Source of the DNA: Octopus vulgaris
Lineage: Eukaryota
Direction: 5' to 3'
Assembly (NCBI GenBank): GCA_951406725.2
Contig: OX597823.1
Span: 99,820,001 to 99,884,000, forward strand
Length of the DNA: 64,000 bases
Below the pieces are notes generated by a model. That model made no database searches. It saw only the letters and a program-made list of their open reading frames with translations, and had not been told where the DNA came from. This document shows, one piece after another, positions 48,720 to 62,185 of this stretch (within the stretch, counting starts at the first letter, position 1; every line of letters starts with the position of its first letter). The translations under genes were made by a program, and so were the position numbers.

Positions 48720-51700
48720 TATATGTACATGCATGCATTTTCATTATAGTTACTGTAAATACTTTATTTCTCCAACATATTAATTTTGATCTGGTGCTTT
48801 TCAAGTTTCTTTTACTGCTGTGCTTCCAATCAAGATATGAATATGCATACATAAGTTTGTGAAGATATATACAAAAGTTAATTTGGTGACATGTACCAAA
48901 TTTCAACAGCACAATAAAAACCAATAATAAACTTGAATGTCTGACCTATGAACAAATAACTTGGTGATGTAAAGGTTTTGCTGTCACACCAATAAAAATA
49001 AAAAGCACTCGTTAAATTTTAGTGACATCAATAACATTAATTAATAATCATATTAAACTTACATTTGTTGGAGACTAATCTAGGAATGATTAAAAAAAAA
49101 TCCATATTCTAGAATGAAGTGAAAGCTAATTGACTTGTACAGTATGAAGTGAAAAGCAAAGACTTGGCATTTTGGTTAGGGTTAACTGATCATAACTTCA
49201 TAAGTGAAGAAGAATCATTTAATTTCTATTTGGACAAATAAACTTTTGCTCTTCTCAAATATTGTTTTATTTGGAAATCATCACTTTTCCATGTTTGCAG
49301 GGGCCACATGGAATTCGTTGAGGCAAATTTTTTGTAGATTTCTCTTTGACCAGACATGCTGTCATGGAAGATTGAAAACAAAGGGTACCACTTGTATGGC
49401 CATGACAATCATTTATAATTATTGTGCAATGTCAAGACAAGGGGACACAAACAGTTCACATATATATGCACGTATACATGTGCGTACACCCCCCACACAC
49501 ACACACACACATTTACATGACTGGCTTCTTTCAGTGTATGTATGGTTAGCCTAAGTCTATAGAAGAAGACACTTGCCCAAGGTGTCACACAGCAGGATTG
49601 AACTTGAAACCAAGCAGTAGGGAAACAAACTTCTCAACCTCACATCTTCACCTGTTCCAATAACATTTCTCTCTCTCTCTCTCCCTCCCCCCTCTCTCTT
49701 TCTTTCTTTCTTTCTCTCTCTCGGATGCCTATAAAGCAACAGGAAGCTTGATTATGCGGTAGCCACCAAGCAGCTATTTTTGGACACTTGACTAAGTACT
49801 TGTTAGTATCTTGTGTCCTAGCCATTGGAGGTTGTTATTTGCATGGGGCCAATTTCAGCAGCTGTAGTAATTAATTAATCAGAATTACATAAGTTATTCC
49901 TCAGAGTCTGCAATACTTATAGTTGTGGAATCATTTCTCTAAATTCATTCACAATTCCAGTGTATAACCTTTCTAGTTGGATCTTTAATATTGGGATCAA
50001 GTCAGACTTTTTTTTTAAGTCATAATTTCTGATTCAAATTACTCTCTTAGAAAACGAAAAAGAAAAAAAGATGCCTATTTGATGTATCAAAGGAAATAAT
50101 TCCATATGAAATTGGTGAAGTGTTTTTGCAAACCAGTGATAGTTTTAATTGCATACTCCACATATGTTTATATATTCTTTTTATAGCCAACAAGGAAGCC
50201 TATATGTGGTGACTTGACCTGCTGGAAATAATAACCATCTATCCTGAAAATCACACCTGACTCTATAAGAACAGTGTTTGCCTAAACGAAAACATAAAAC
50301 TGAAAATACTTCCATTTTACCAAATGAAGAAGTTTGTACTTCTTCACATAATCTGCTAGAAACAACAGCCAAATTTCCCTTAAATCATATTTTACTGTCT
50401 TAAAAAAATGAAGAACATATGGATAGTGTAGTTCTAGATAGACTATATCCCAATTCCAAAAGACAGGATGGACTTGGTTGGAACAGCTTTGATCATAATT
50501 CTCTCTGCTGCTCTGTCAGGTCTGATTTGGAATTGAACAACTGCTGCCATCAGACCAATTATTTCTTTTTTAAAAAATCAAGACTTATTAAAAATATGTT
50601 TCCAGATGAATTTTACAAGTAACCTGTCAAAACTGATTTTTTTAAGTGGCTGAGTGTTTAAGAAGTTTACTTCCCACTCATGTGGTTTTGGGTTCAACCT
50701 CACTGCATTGCACTTTGGGCAAGTATCTTCTACAAGCCCAGGTTGACCAAACCATGTGAGTAAATTTGCCAGACAAACACTGGCTAAAACCCTTCTCTCT
50801 CACGTGTGTGTGTTTGTTTGCATTTCTCCAAAAATACTGAGCTTAAAGTTGTGACATTGATTTCCTTCTCTCAACAAATCACCCATTGACTGTGAGCCTT
50901 TGAAGACTGTGGGACAAAAGGTCCCTTGAAAAACAGGTAAGGGTTAGTAGTAGGGAGAGCATCTTGCTGTGAAATGGTGCTATCAAAATATATTTGACTA
51001 ATCCATACCAGCACAGAAAAACAGATAAAAAATCAAATGAACCTATTTTGCTAACCTATGAGCTGTCTTAACCATTTTTAGACAAAGCTAGATTATTGCA
51101 GGCAAATGAATGGTAGACTTCATTATCTTGGGGCAAACATCTGGATGCTTCAGTAATTGAACTTGTGAAATTGAACACTAAAATCCTTACAAATAAATTA
51201 TTAAAGTATTTTGTATTGAAACAAATTTTTACTAGAAATTTGAATTTAATTAACAAATATAAATTGTTTACTGATTGCATTTTAGGAATTGAATGTGCTT
51301 TGTTTTATTTCCAAACTCCTAACTCGTGTGCATAATTTAATTAACTGTGGATACTTTTGAAGATATTGCTTTCAAAATGTATTAATTAAATTTAATGTAT
51401 AGCGTTATATGTACATAAACTTGTTATTACAATTTAGGAAATACAGTTTTTATTAAATTAGAGCATTGCCAATACTTTATTGACTCAAATACTAAGAAAA
51501 CTACATGGCTGTATGGTTGTAAACTGTTTAATTAAAAAGAAAAAAAGCTCAAAGAAAACATTAATAGCTTACAATGTAGTTATGATGTCTAAGCCTTTCG
51601 TCAGGATTTAAGTGAAAATAAGTAAAACGATACGAGGTGGGTATTCATAAAGCCACATGGTTTTTATGGTACATTTAACAGATGGAAACATCATTAGCAT

Positions 51701-52098
51701 TTAACATCTGCCTACCATGATGGCATGGGTTGGAAACAGTTGCAATAATTCAAATCATGTTTTTAAAAGAGATTCTACAGGAAGATCTAACAAGTAATAA
51801 GTTTTATATCAATCTTACCAAGTTTCCATGAAACAATTCAGTTTATAGCTGGATGTCCTTCAAACTACTAACTCACTCAACTGTAAAATACTGTCAGACA
51901 AACAGGAGCCGTTGGTTATGGTCCCTTGATCAGCCGTGCAGCATAACGGTAAAATGCTGTAATAAAATTTGAACTGTTGAAGCAAATCAGCATATTCTAC
52001 CTGTTTTCTTATTGTTTCCAAACCACATGAAATTCTGTTTGCTCATCTCTGCTAGAAGCCTCACATTATCAACATTACAAAATCTGCCAAGGTAGACA

Positions 52099-52451
52099 GA
52101 GGCATGACTCGATGGTTAAGAAGCTCACTTTGCAAGTACATGGCTTTGAGTTCAATCCCACTACGCTGCATGTTGGGTGGGCATTTTCTACTCAGGTTCA
52201 AGATGAACCAATGCCTTACAAGTGAATTTGCTGGTAGACAAAAACTGTGGAAGCTTGTCGTGTGTGTGTGTTTACTCCACTGCCCCCCCCCTCCTATTGG
52301 TTTGTTTACACCTCTGTAACTTGGCAGTTCAAGCAAAAGAGACTGATTGAATAAGTACCAGATTTTTAAAAATAGGTATTGGATTATGACCATACTGGGG
52401 CAGTGCCCCAGCATGGCCACCTTCCAATGACTAAAACAAGTAAAGGATAAA
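52099..52451 (+). mobile_element. full-length tRNA-derived SINE (family A)
   Basis: Degenerate A box (TGACTCGATGG), B box GAGTTCAATCC, (GT) middle, CAGTGCCCCAGCATGGCC...ACAAGTAAAGGATAA tail. Confidence 0.88.
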
Positions 52452-53280
52452 TTTGTCTACCAAATTAACCCACAAGATATTTGTTTGCTCAGGGACTTCA
52501 TTGGAGTCTCTTACCCATAATGTAACTATTTGCCATGCATGCCTCGTGTTGCAGTGAATGCAACTGTTCAACAGATTTAACACTTGTGCATGTTTGAGGA
52601 TTTCACTGCGTTCTCTAATGCATAGTGTTTCATGGTATGTGATGCAGTCTTGGGCAGTCTTGCTTATTGTTCAGTGTCCATTTTGTTTCTGGACGCTTGT
52701 TTGTTCTGCAAGTGACAACAGCAGAAACAGACATGCTGGGCTGCAAATAGTTTTGGGGAGGCTTACAGTGTTATTGATTCGGTTGCTATTTTTGTAATGT
52801 ATTTTGTGTTTGTCTGGGTTGAGTGGTAGGGATGGTGTTCCTGAGGAGTATTTTTAGAGTGGTTTGTAGGGGAAGAGTGGGGGTTTGTCCTAATAAAGTT
52901 GTGGCTGTTGGAAGATTAGGGTTAGGGTTAAAGCTTGCAGCAACAACAACACTCTACCCCTCACATGTACAGTGAGGATTGTAGGGGGTGAGGATGTGGG
53001 TGTTTAGCTGATGATACATGCACAGCGAAAAAGCCAATGTTTTTTTTTATCTTTTCCTTTTTATTCTTAAAGTTAATTTTGTTGAAAGATCCCCGGCAAC
53101 TTCCAATGAAAAGATTCTAAATGGTGACAAGTGCTGAATTCCATGAAAGATCATTGACTTTTTGTTTGTTTATTCATTAATCTATTTACTTACGATATGT
53201 TTTTCCCACATGTTTGACCCAGTTAGTCTGTTGCTACCCTTGAACCTTGACATTCAAGATACTCAAATGTGCTGCTGGTA

Positions 53281-53314
<34 letters not shown>

Positions 53315-53922
53315 CATTGTCGCAGGCATTGACTTGAGAGACTAATCCCCCGTCTTCCACCAGTGACAATGGAGAATGGTATCTTATTTCACAGAAATGT
53401 GGAATTCATTCAAAGCTAGAAGATGAGAAAGATTTTCTTTTGCCCTCTCCTTGTTGCTCCACCCAGAAACAGTAATAAGATTACAGAGATCTCTGTAACC
53501 CGACTCTGTGTCTTTTAAACTCACATTTGGAGCTGTAAGTACAGGGTTGAACAGCAGGGGACATTAGAGCTTTAAGAATATTTCAAAGAATATTTAGAGC
53601 ATAGAATTTCTTTAGTAGAATGCTTAACTAATGGTTAAACGGTGTCTTTTTGGAGAAATTGTACAGAAACAAGGTTTTCTCTATTCATTCTTGTGTGTGT
53701 ATGTGTGTGTTCCTCAATTTTCGTATTCAATATGAACAATCTTTCTTATTGAAACATAACTTTTGTAATCTTTTTCGATTGAGCTGGTAAATAAATGTCT
53801 TCAATTTTTGAGCAGCTGAGATCCTCATGTTTTAGTAAGTATGCACACTTTGTATGGGACTTCAGTGTTAGGTATGTTCTGATCTAAAATGATAAGTACT
53901 CTCTCTCTCTCTCTCTCTCACA

Positions 53923-53953
<31 letters not shown>

Positions 53954-54964
53954 ACCATTTAGACCAGTCCAGCAGCCTGGAAGTTTCCATTGTATGCATC
54001 TACTACTTTTGGTCGGTCAAACTGGACCTCATGCGTCTAAAGAAGTGGCTGCATACCATGGAAGCTCGAGGGTCACTGGACCAGACAAAATAAACTCCTG
54101 CACTCTACATTTGTATTTTGCTTTTTCAGAACATTACGTAACAAGGTGTGGTGGTGGGGGGTGTAGGTGTTACTTAATTTCATGTAGCACATGGATACAA
54201 TGGAAAGGCTAAAACAGACCTCAATCCAGATGTGACTTTCACCTTTCATAGTTATTTTCTGTCAAATTACATCTCCATTGGGCAAAAGCTTTCTTGCAAG
54301 GTTGTCACATGACCTCAACACATGAATGAAGTGGAAAACTGACCAAAAATTCCTTACCTTACCATGTGACCATACTCAATCAACCTATCAATCTGTAACC
54401 TTAAGTAACAGCATCCTTAGCCACAATCTTTCTATAAAAACAAATTTTACCAAGACACACTTTGCAATACAGTTCCACATGGCACACACTTTTGAAAATC
54501 AAATGTGAAACTGGCTGTGTGTGTGTATGTGTGTGAGAGAGAGGGAGAATATATATTGAATAAATCCTGATATATTCTCTGTATTTTCATCCCCTTTTCT
54601 AGAATCCTTGTCCATTCCTATTTTCACTGAGTTACAAGAGTCAGGTTGCCAGAGGATCATTCCTAGTGCTAGGGGTTGGTGTTGGGGAAGGCATCCAGCC
54701 ATCAAAACGAAGCCAAAGCAGACATTGGAAACGCATGCTGCAGTCCTTGGACTCTGACTTGTCTCATCCCTTGGAACCATTCAAACCATTCCAGCATAGA
54801 AGCCAAACATTAAATGATGATCATGGTGATGATGATGATATATAATCTAAACACCAAAAGTAACATAAAAATTATTTGAAAAAAGAGTTAGATGGGGTAT
54901 TTTAATCATTGAAACTCATTAAATACTTTTTGATATGAAGTGTTTAACTGGTTTCGATTGACTC

Positions 54965-55197
54965 AGGCCAAGCGAAATCGTAGTTGTGACATGTACAAGG
55001 CACCTGTGCCAGTCACACGTAAAAAGCACCCACTACACTTTCGGAGTGGTTGGCATTAAGGGAAGGGCATCCGGCCGTAGAAACCAAGCCAAAACAGACT
55101 GGAGCCTGGTGCAGCTCTCCAGCTTACCAGTTCCAGTTAAACCATCCAACCCATGCCAGCATAGAAAACAGACACTGAATGATGATGATGATGATGA
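54965..55197 (+). mobile_element. RTE 3'-tail element
   Basis: CACGTAAAAAGCACCCACTACAC...GGAAGGGCATCC...AACCCATGCCAGCAT...(GAT)n, same as 990-1175. Confidence 0.85.
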
Positions 55198-55507
55198 TTT
55201 ATTTGCTCATCTGAAAATGTTAACATCCATGTCAATGATTTTCAATTGTTAAAATACATCTTGCTTCTCTTCTTTCAAATAACGTTCTGTTACTTCAGGT
55301 ACTGAGATCTAAGGTTTCAAATTCTAAATGTTAGAATGATTCTCTCTGTACTGTGCCACCCAAATATTATGGCAAAATATTTGAATGGAACTGTAAAGAA
55401 AGAAAAAAAGAAATTTTCTTGTGTTCAAGGTTACAACAATCAACTGAAAATACTGACTGGGGTAGAATGAGACAATGAGCTCTGTCTGCTACATTGAAAA
55501 CCATTAA

Positions 55508-55722
55508 CCCTTTCAGTACCGTATTTCTGTTGAGATGTTCTGTGTTTCTTTCAGTTACTTTGAATATAACAAAGAATTTAGTAAAATAACTTTGTTATCA
55601 TTAAGCTGGTGTTAGGAACATAAATTGTGACTAAGGTTTGGTGGAAGATTTTAATTCAAAACTTATGAAAACAAGACATTTGTACTACAGAGGTGGTTTC
55701 AGGCAGGTTGGTGCCAAAAGGG
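55508..55722. mobile_element. piggyBac-type MITE
   Basis: TTAA on both sides (55504-55507, 55723-55726), termini CCCTTT...AAAAGGG; decayed relatives at ~38740-38857 and ~41630-41783. Confidence 0.8.
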
Positions 55723-55729
55723 TTAAAGG

Positions 55730-56370
55730 CTTGCAAAATATTGTTGACAGTGTCTGTTCCTTGGGTGACCTAATCAGCAGTGGTGGTAGTGGTGGGGGAG
55801 GCATACTGAAAGCATTGTGGCCTGAATTAGAATTTAGTGGGAAACATCCTGGGGTTTATTATCTCTGCTGACAACATTGAATTCTTGCTGTGAGTGAAGA
55901 GTGGATCATATTATGCATGTGTACAGACTGCAGCGTTGCATGATAGTGAGGCATCATCATCATCATCATTTAACATCCATTTTCCATGCTGGGACATGGG
56001 AGCTAAATGCAGAGAACGTGCGAAGGTTGGAAAGAAATAAAGTGAGTACAAATGACAAGGTAAGTGAAAAACTGGGTAGTGTGCAAGAGCAATGGGTACG
56101 GTGGTATGGATCTATTGTGTATATGGATCGATGACAGGAAGAGGAACCAGGAGATTCTGGTGGAAAGAGAAACAAGTGGAAGAGGAAAACCAAGGCCTGA
56201 AGAGAAGTGGTGAAAGTTGATCTTAGGAAGCTGAAACCATACAAAAAAGATGACAAAGAAATACAAGTGGTGGGATGCTGTGTTGGAGAGGACTTGTTCA
56301 CTCCATGCAAGCATGGAAAAATAAAGATAGAAATGAGGAGGAGGAGGAGGAGGAGGATAATGATGATGCC
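55730..56370 (+). mobile_element. degenerate RTE LINE 3' end
   Basis: TWELNAENVRRLERN...VQEQWVRWYG...GRGKPR-like peptides and CCATGCAAGCATGGAAAA tail. Confidence 0.7.
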
Positions 56371-56599
56371 AGTACTTAATGAGGGGGTTTCTTTCGTACA
56401 ACTATAATCTTTTGTGTAAACCCCACCCCCATTCATTAAAATTATTCATTTAACCCCAAAGGGTGGACATCATCAATAAATGGTTTTGAAATTTTACATG
56501 GATATGGCCATCCTCAGTTGATACGCAAGTGCCTCAGCACAAGTAACCCTTATTGACAGGAGAAATCAAGTGATAAAGGAAAGATTTTTGGACAGCGAT

Positions 56600-57080
56600 G
56601 AAGTCGTTTGACTTAGCTTCATCATCAGATGAGAAAGATGATGATAATTGTTTAGAAGCACAGATGTATATTCTGTATAAGCTCTGGATGTATATTCGTT
56701 TGACAACAACAATGCCAGAGTCTTGGATGAATTTATGTTCATGCCAAATCCCAAGGGAACATTTCATGGCACTTAGATTTTGAACTTATTTAAAATGAAA
56801 ATTAATATAAAAATTACTCTTAAGGAAAACAAAAAAAATCTTTTATATTTTGCTTCGGTGTCACAATCATGCAACCCTTTCCCCACCATTAAAGCGTTGA
56901 TGTTCTTTTATAGAAATCTTATATACTTCTCTTGTCATTCTAAAAATGTAACTGTAGCAGTCAGACTGTTTGGCTGATGAGAATCAATAAGACTGAAACA
57001 TGTCCAAAGCTATCCCCCCTCAGTGCCAAAAACCAAACTCACTCTCTACTGTGTTCTATTTTTTATTAAATAAATTCTCT
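56600..57080 (+). mobile_element. degenerate Penelope-like element 3' end (GIY-YIG remnant + hammerhead motif)
   Basis: YIRLT...WMNLCSCQI..EHF and LFKMK...KENKKNL resemble PLE endonuclease C-termini (YIGxT..RMNxHRxQI..EHF); CTGATGA...GAAACATGTC at 56974-57004. Confidence 0.5.
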
Positions 57081-58124
57081 TTGATTAATATTTGTTAATG
57101 CACTTGTTACTAAATCATCAACTTAATTACCTGGAGCTGGTGAGTGGGGTAAGGGCCAAACATCAAAATTAATAAAACCAACAACAGCAAGAGTCTGCTG
57201 CCTATTCTGGCCTGGACAATATAACAAGAATAGTATATCCAGACTACATGATAATATAAATATGTGATGTTCTCTCTCTCTCTCTCTCTCTCTCTCCCTA
57301 TATATATATATATATATATATATGCAGGCTTGTTTGCTTTTTTTCTAATGAGCAACTATGGCAATTATCCTGCTCTCAGCTGTGTGACAGGGGAATGATT
57401 TACAAGGGACCTTGTTTGTATTTAAAATTCCCATTAAACTTTTCCATTTATCTTAAACGGCTATGAGACAAAGACACAAAAAAAATATTTCCTTTAAAGA
57501 ACAAAAAAAAAATTACCATTTATCAAAAAAATCATTCCCATGTTAAGCGAGCTGATGGAAATAAGTCTCTTGAAGAAGAGATGTAATCTTTGGTGAGTGT
57601 GGCTTGAGTCCCCAGAAGATATTATTTGACTCGTAACAACTAAGAAAGAATTAATGATTTATTGTCTTTTTGTCCAAGAATGGTGGTGGTGGTGGTTAGG
57701 GTGGTGGTATACGAAATGAAATGCATTTATCTTCTGAAATTTTCTGATATTTGAGGTTAGGGAGAATCTTTTGACTACAATTTGTGTTAAATCCACAAAT
57801 TCATTGCTATCAATTTGTGTAATGGAAGTTCTTGGAAATGGTAGACTAACAGAGTCTGATTCTCTGAGTTCAAATCCTACTTGGTTTTACTACATCTTTT
57901 ATTTATTTATTTTTTTTTGTGGTGGTGTGTGTGTTTGGTGGGGGTGAGAAACTATGTACCTGTAATATGTGATAAATTCCTGTAACTCTGCGCCATCTTG
58001 AATGAAAATTGACATCCTGCTCAAGGATTAATTCTGTATTCTGTAACAATGCGACCTCCAGTGTCTCATAATAGAAAAGCGATTCATTTATTTTTAAGAG
58101 CAGAGAAATGGTTGTGCAATGAAT

Positions 58125-58500
58125 TTCATTTCACAACCCTAGGGTCTAAGGCTCTGTCTTGCTGCACAACACCATTGGGGAGTGCCTTCTACTGTAGCCC
58201 TGGGTGGACCAATATCTTCTGAGTGAACCTGGTAGGGCGTGTGTGTGTGTGCATATGTGCATGTGCATATTTGTGCTTGTATCCATCACCCCCCCACACA
58301 CACACACACACAGAGCTTGACAGTGTTGGTTTGTTTATGGCCTCATAACTTAGCAGTTCAGCTAAAGAGACTGAGAGAATTACCATCAGACTGAAGCAAA
58401 TGGGTGCTGGGATAAATTTGATCAACTAAACCCATCAAGGTGGCATTCCAGCATGGCCACAGTCCAATGACCGAAACAAGTAAAAGAATAAAAAGAATAA
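58125..58500 (+). mobile_element. family-A SINE
   Basis: Body CTTAGCAGTTCAGCTAAAGAGACTGA and tail CCAGCATGGCCACAGTCCAATGACCGAAACAAGTAAAAG. Confidence 0.8.
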
Positions 58501-58756
58501 ATAATGGATTGCAATTTTTTTCCTTTTTGCATGGTTAGTCTTAAAAGAAGCAGAGCTAAGTATTGTATCCAGTGGTACAACACAATATCTGCATTGGGTA
58601 TATAAGCATTACCGTTTGCAGCCTGTCTGTTTGGCCAGTGTCACCCTCTTGTAATATCAGCACGGGGATGAGGTATTGAGCTCCTGGAAATAATTATGGC
58701 AGGAAACGATAAACTCCTAACGATGTTAGTCGCAGATTTGATAAACTCAAAGTCAA

Positions 58757-58865
58757 AGGTGGTGAGCTGGCAGAAACGTTAAGATGCTTAGCGATGTTTC
58801 GTCTGTCTTTATGTTGTGAGTTCAAATTCCGCTGAGCTTGACTTTGCATTTCATCATTTTGACAT
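58757..58865 (+). mobile_element. family-B SINE head
   Basis: GGTGAGCTGGCAGAAACGTTA...GAGTTCAAATTCCGCTGAG..GACTTTGCATTTCATC. Confidence 0.75.
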
Positions 58866-59690
58866 CTACACAAAACAAATGTGTGCACTTTCTGTTTTCT
58901 TTTGTTATGGTGATAGTAACCTGAAAACACAACAGGATGTACTTTGTGTACTTTCTCTTAACATATTGCATGATTTCTTTCCCCTCCCTGATCTGTTTAT
59001 ATTATTATGGTGCAGTTGATCTCTTCTGCACATTTTGGCTCAAGCAATAGCGTTGTGCTTTTTTTGGTTTTTGTTATGCTGCTAACATAAACAAAATGAA
59101 AATTAAAAGATTGAAAGAAAATTGTTTTTCCAAATATATTTATCACTCTTATTAATGTTAAGTTGGTGTGTTTTGTGCAAAAAGCCAAAAATTTAGAGTT
59201 AAATGCTATTATATTTGTATTCAAATCCCGAAGGGAATACACTTTGTCACCCTTCACATCTGGGTTCACATCAACCTTCATCATCACCATCATCATCATC
59301 ATCATCAACACTACAGCAGCAACAACAACAACATGAATTTGCTTCTCATATTATAGTATCTTGCATTTCTGAATTGAAATCTGCACTAATCATTTGATTG
59401 CAGGGATTGAAGCAATGAAAGAAACCATTATCATCATCATTGTTGTTGTTGTTGTCCTTGTAATGGTGCTGCACCAGGAATGGTGGAGCAAAGAACATTT
59501 TTGACATCCGTTCTGATTTCAAATTCCACTGCAGTTAATTGTACTTTCCAGTCACGTTTCCATGGCAATTCATTTAACCTGCAACTTTCATTTAACTTTT
59601 CTTTTATAAACTCAAGTCTTTTTATTTATTTATTTCTGTTATTCCACTTGTGACACACCATTTCTAAGTCTTAATTTCGTTCCGTTGCAG

Positions 59691-59917
59691 ATCTTCCACC
59701 CTCTCCTCCTGTTGCACGGCGGTCTGCACCGACCACAACAGCACAGGCAGTGCAGACATATCCTGGTAACATCCTTACAGACCAGCAGTTCCAGCAACAA
59801 CTTGCTTCGATGAAACAGCAATACCAGCTGCAGCAAGAGATGCTGCTGCACCAGTTCCAGCAGCAGCAGAAGCAGCTTGCTCAAGAACATGAAAAGAAAC
59901 TGCAAGAACACATCAAA
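59691..59917 (+). CDS. HDAC4: internal exon of a class IIa histone deacetylase (HDAC4-like), glutamine-rich N-terminal domain
   Basis: Pyrimidine tract + TTGCAG acceptor, AAA|GTAGGT donor; encodes (D)LPPSPPVARRSAPTTTAQAVQTYPGNILTDQQFQQQLASMKQQYQLQQEMLLHQFQQQQKQLAQEHEKKLQEHIK, aligning by eye with HDAC4 [46 protein letters not shown]. Confidence 0.9.
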
Positions 59918-60204
59918 GTAGGTTTTTTTGTGCTGATCTTGTCACTCGACTCTTTCTTTAAATACTTATCCTCATCCTCCCTGCCTCTTTCTCTCCCTCT
60001 CTCGCTGCAAGGAAGGACATCTAATAAGATGAAGACTGTTGCACATGCTTGGCTATTTATATCTGTAGTTGGTCACCTAAACATGTCAAAGCCATGAAAG
60101 TCTTGAGAAACAAAAAACATAGGGTATGAAGATGAGATGATATCATTGAAATGTTGTCATTTTTATGCGTGGTCTCACTGTGAGAAGTACAAATACTGCT
60201 TTAA

Positions 60205-61286
60205 CCCTTTCGTTACTATATTTCTGACCAAATTACACCCCTTATGTGTTTCAATTAATTTCTAACGTAATCATAAATTTAGTCTGGTTTCATTAAACAA
60301 CTATAACTTTTTTATTTATCGATATATTAATCTGATTTTTGGAAGATAATTTAATGAAATATTCTCAACCAATTCTATACTATAATTTTTGTCACAAAGT
60401 GACTCTATTTGCAGGTAGATACAGGTAAATTCCACAAAATATAAAATTATTAAAATTTTGTTCAAACATCGCTATAGAAAATATTAGCTAATATTCAATT
60501 GGGTATACAACAAAATTTTACGATAGAATTTGTTATTCTGGGTAACTTTCTGATACCCATAATAATATTTATGGCAAAATAGGCCTTAATTTCATTTAAG
60601 GTTGTGGGAAATAACAAACTATCCTTTCTTTCGTTTTGTTTACGTTTAGCGTAACGGTTCGTTTTCGCTGTAATGATTTCAAATAGGCTCATTCGAAAAA
60701 GTAAATAGAAATAGCCTAAGGCTTTACCCTTCTGGGAAAGTCTGTGGCTTGGTCCAGTTTCTGCAGAAAAATCACCGAAAGAAACAGTTTTTAAATTTTC
60801 ACTCCATTCAGGTGCCAATTCGTTTTCTTTATCGCTATCGGAGATCTCAGATTCACTGTTTTCACTTTCGGAAAATGAAACATCAAATTCATTATCAAAT
60901 ACCATGTGCTTTTTTTTTTCAGTCATAGAGTTAGATTTATGAAGGTCTTCAGTAGAAAATCCTTCGAATTCTGACTCGCTGCTTGATATAATGAAATTCG
61001 TATCCATTTTTTGTCAGAATTACAAATTTTGAAAACACAATAGGAACAAATTTCGGAAAAAAATCTCCCAAAATTCACGGAATTAAAATTACACTTCGAT
61101 TATTGTACAAAACTGTAGTTGAACTGTTTACGAAGTATAATACGTGTTTTCACGAATGTACTGAAGAGATTTGCTCTGATATTCTCATTTAAATATGAAT
61201 AGGTAAATTCGGGCGACTTTGGGAGGTTTGGTTTCATAAACCAAAATTTTTTTCGGGCGGCTTTGGGCGGTTTGGTAACGAAAGGG
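60205..61286 (-). mobile_element. uninterrupted non-autonomous piggyBac with truncated transposase ORF (60495-61007, 170 aa)
   Basis: TTAA TSD (60201-60204, 61287-61290), TIR CCCTTTCGTTAC; ORF has an acidic N-terminus and YFYLLF..SLFEIITAKTNRYA...TTLNEIKAYFAINIIMGI (PGBD N-terminal part) but no catalytic DDD core. Confidence 0.95.
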
Positions 61287-61954
61287 TTAATTGTAAATTA
61301 TTGCCTAATTTTTCATGTTTAATGATGGATGTAATTCTATGGCTAAAAATGAGGTATAAATTGAGAAAAATCTAATCTCAACACATTCGAATTTAATGTT
61401 TATTGCACAGACCTCAACAAATGGAAATCACACTTTCATTTTGGTTACTGTGTACAAACTGAACCTTACATCAGTTATTGGCAAATTGTTTGGCACAGTT
61501 ATCCTCTAGACTCTCGCTTCAAAAAATCCCTACCAATTTTACAACCATGAGGATTCTGTGAATTGTATTCCCGTGGAAATCTTGCCCGTTCCCTGCTTTC
61601 ACTCCACCTCTACACTTCACACATTCTCTCCTCCAACATTATCCCTATCTTGCTCTGCTACACTCACTATCATACATAATAATAATATCCCCACTTGCTT
61701 CAAGCAAACAAGCTGCTAGTCTGACAATTCTTCTTTCAGTTCCTTCAAACAATCCACCCTACAATTAGCCCTTATCCTCACCAAAATCTTCAAATCAGCC
61801 CCTCCTTTTCTGGATATATCTTCATCTTTGAAAACACACCACAGTTGCTCTATTCCTCCAAAAATGCCTTCGCTGCCTTAATAATGATATCAGCCAAATA
61901 TAGTGTAATGCGCCTCCTTACTTGTGGAGTAACAAACTGAATTATAATATGATA

Positions 61955-62185
61955 ATGATGGTTTCAAATTTCGCCACAGTTTGGGGGGTGGGGGGTATGA
62001 TAGTTGATTACATCAACCTCTGTACTTGACTGGTACTCATTTTATCAGCCCCTAGATGAATGAAAGACAAAGCTGACCTTGGCAGTATTTGAACTTGAAA
62101 TGTAAAGAGCCATTTCTTCGGTCTCTGACATGCCACGAAGCATTTTTGTCCAACAGGCTTAGAATTTGGCCAGCTTGCTGCCTTG
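61955..62185 (-). mobile_element. family-B SINE
   Basis: CTGGTACTCATTTTATCAGCCCC...GAATGAAAGACAAAGCTGACC...ATTTGAACT...GCCAGCTTGC. Confidence 0.7.

Noticed and set aside
52916-52930. TTAGGGTTAGGGTTA telomere-like repeat
   Set aside because: Only 2.5 units; compatible with chance.
59270-59335. His/Gln/Asn-rich ORFs near the HDAC exon
   Set aside because: (CAT)n/(CAA)n microsatellites without convincing splice sites.
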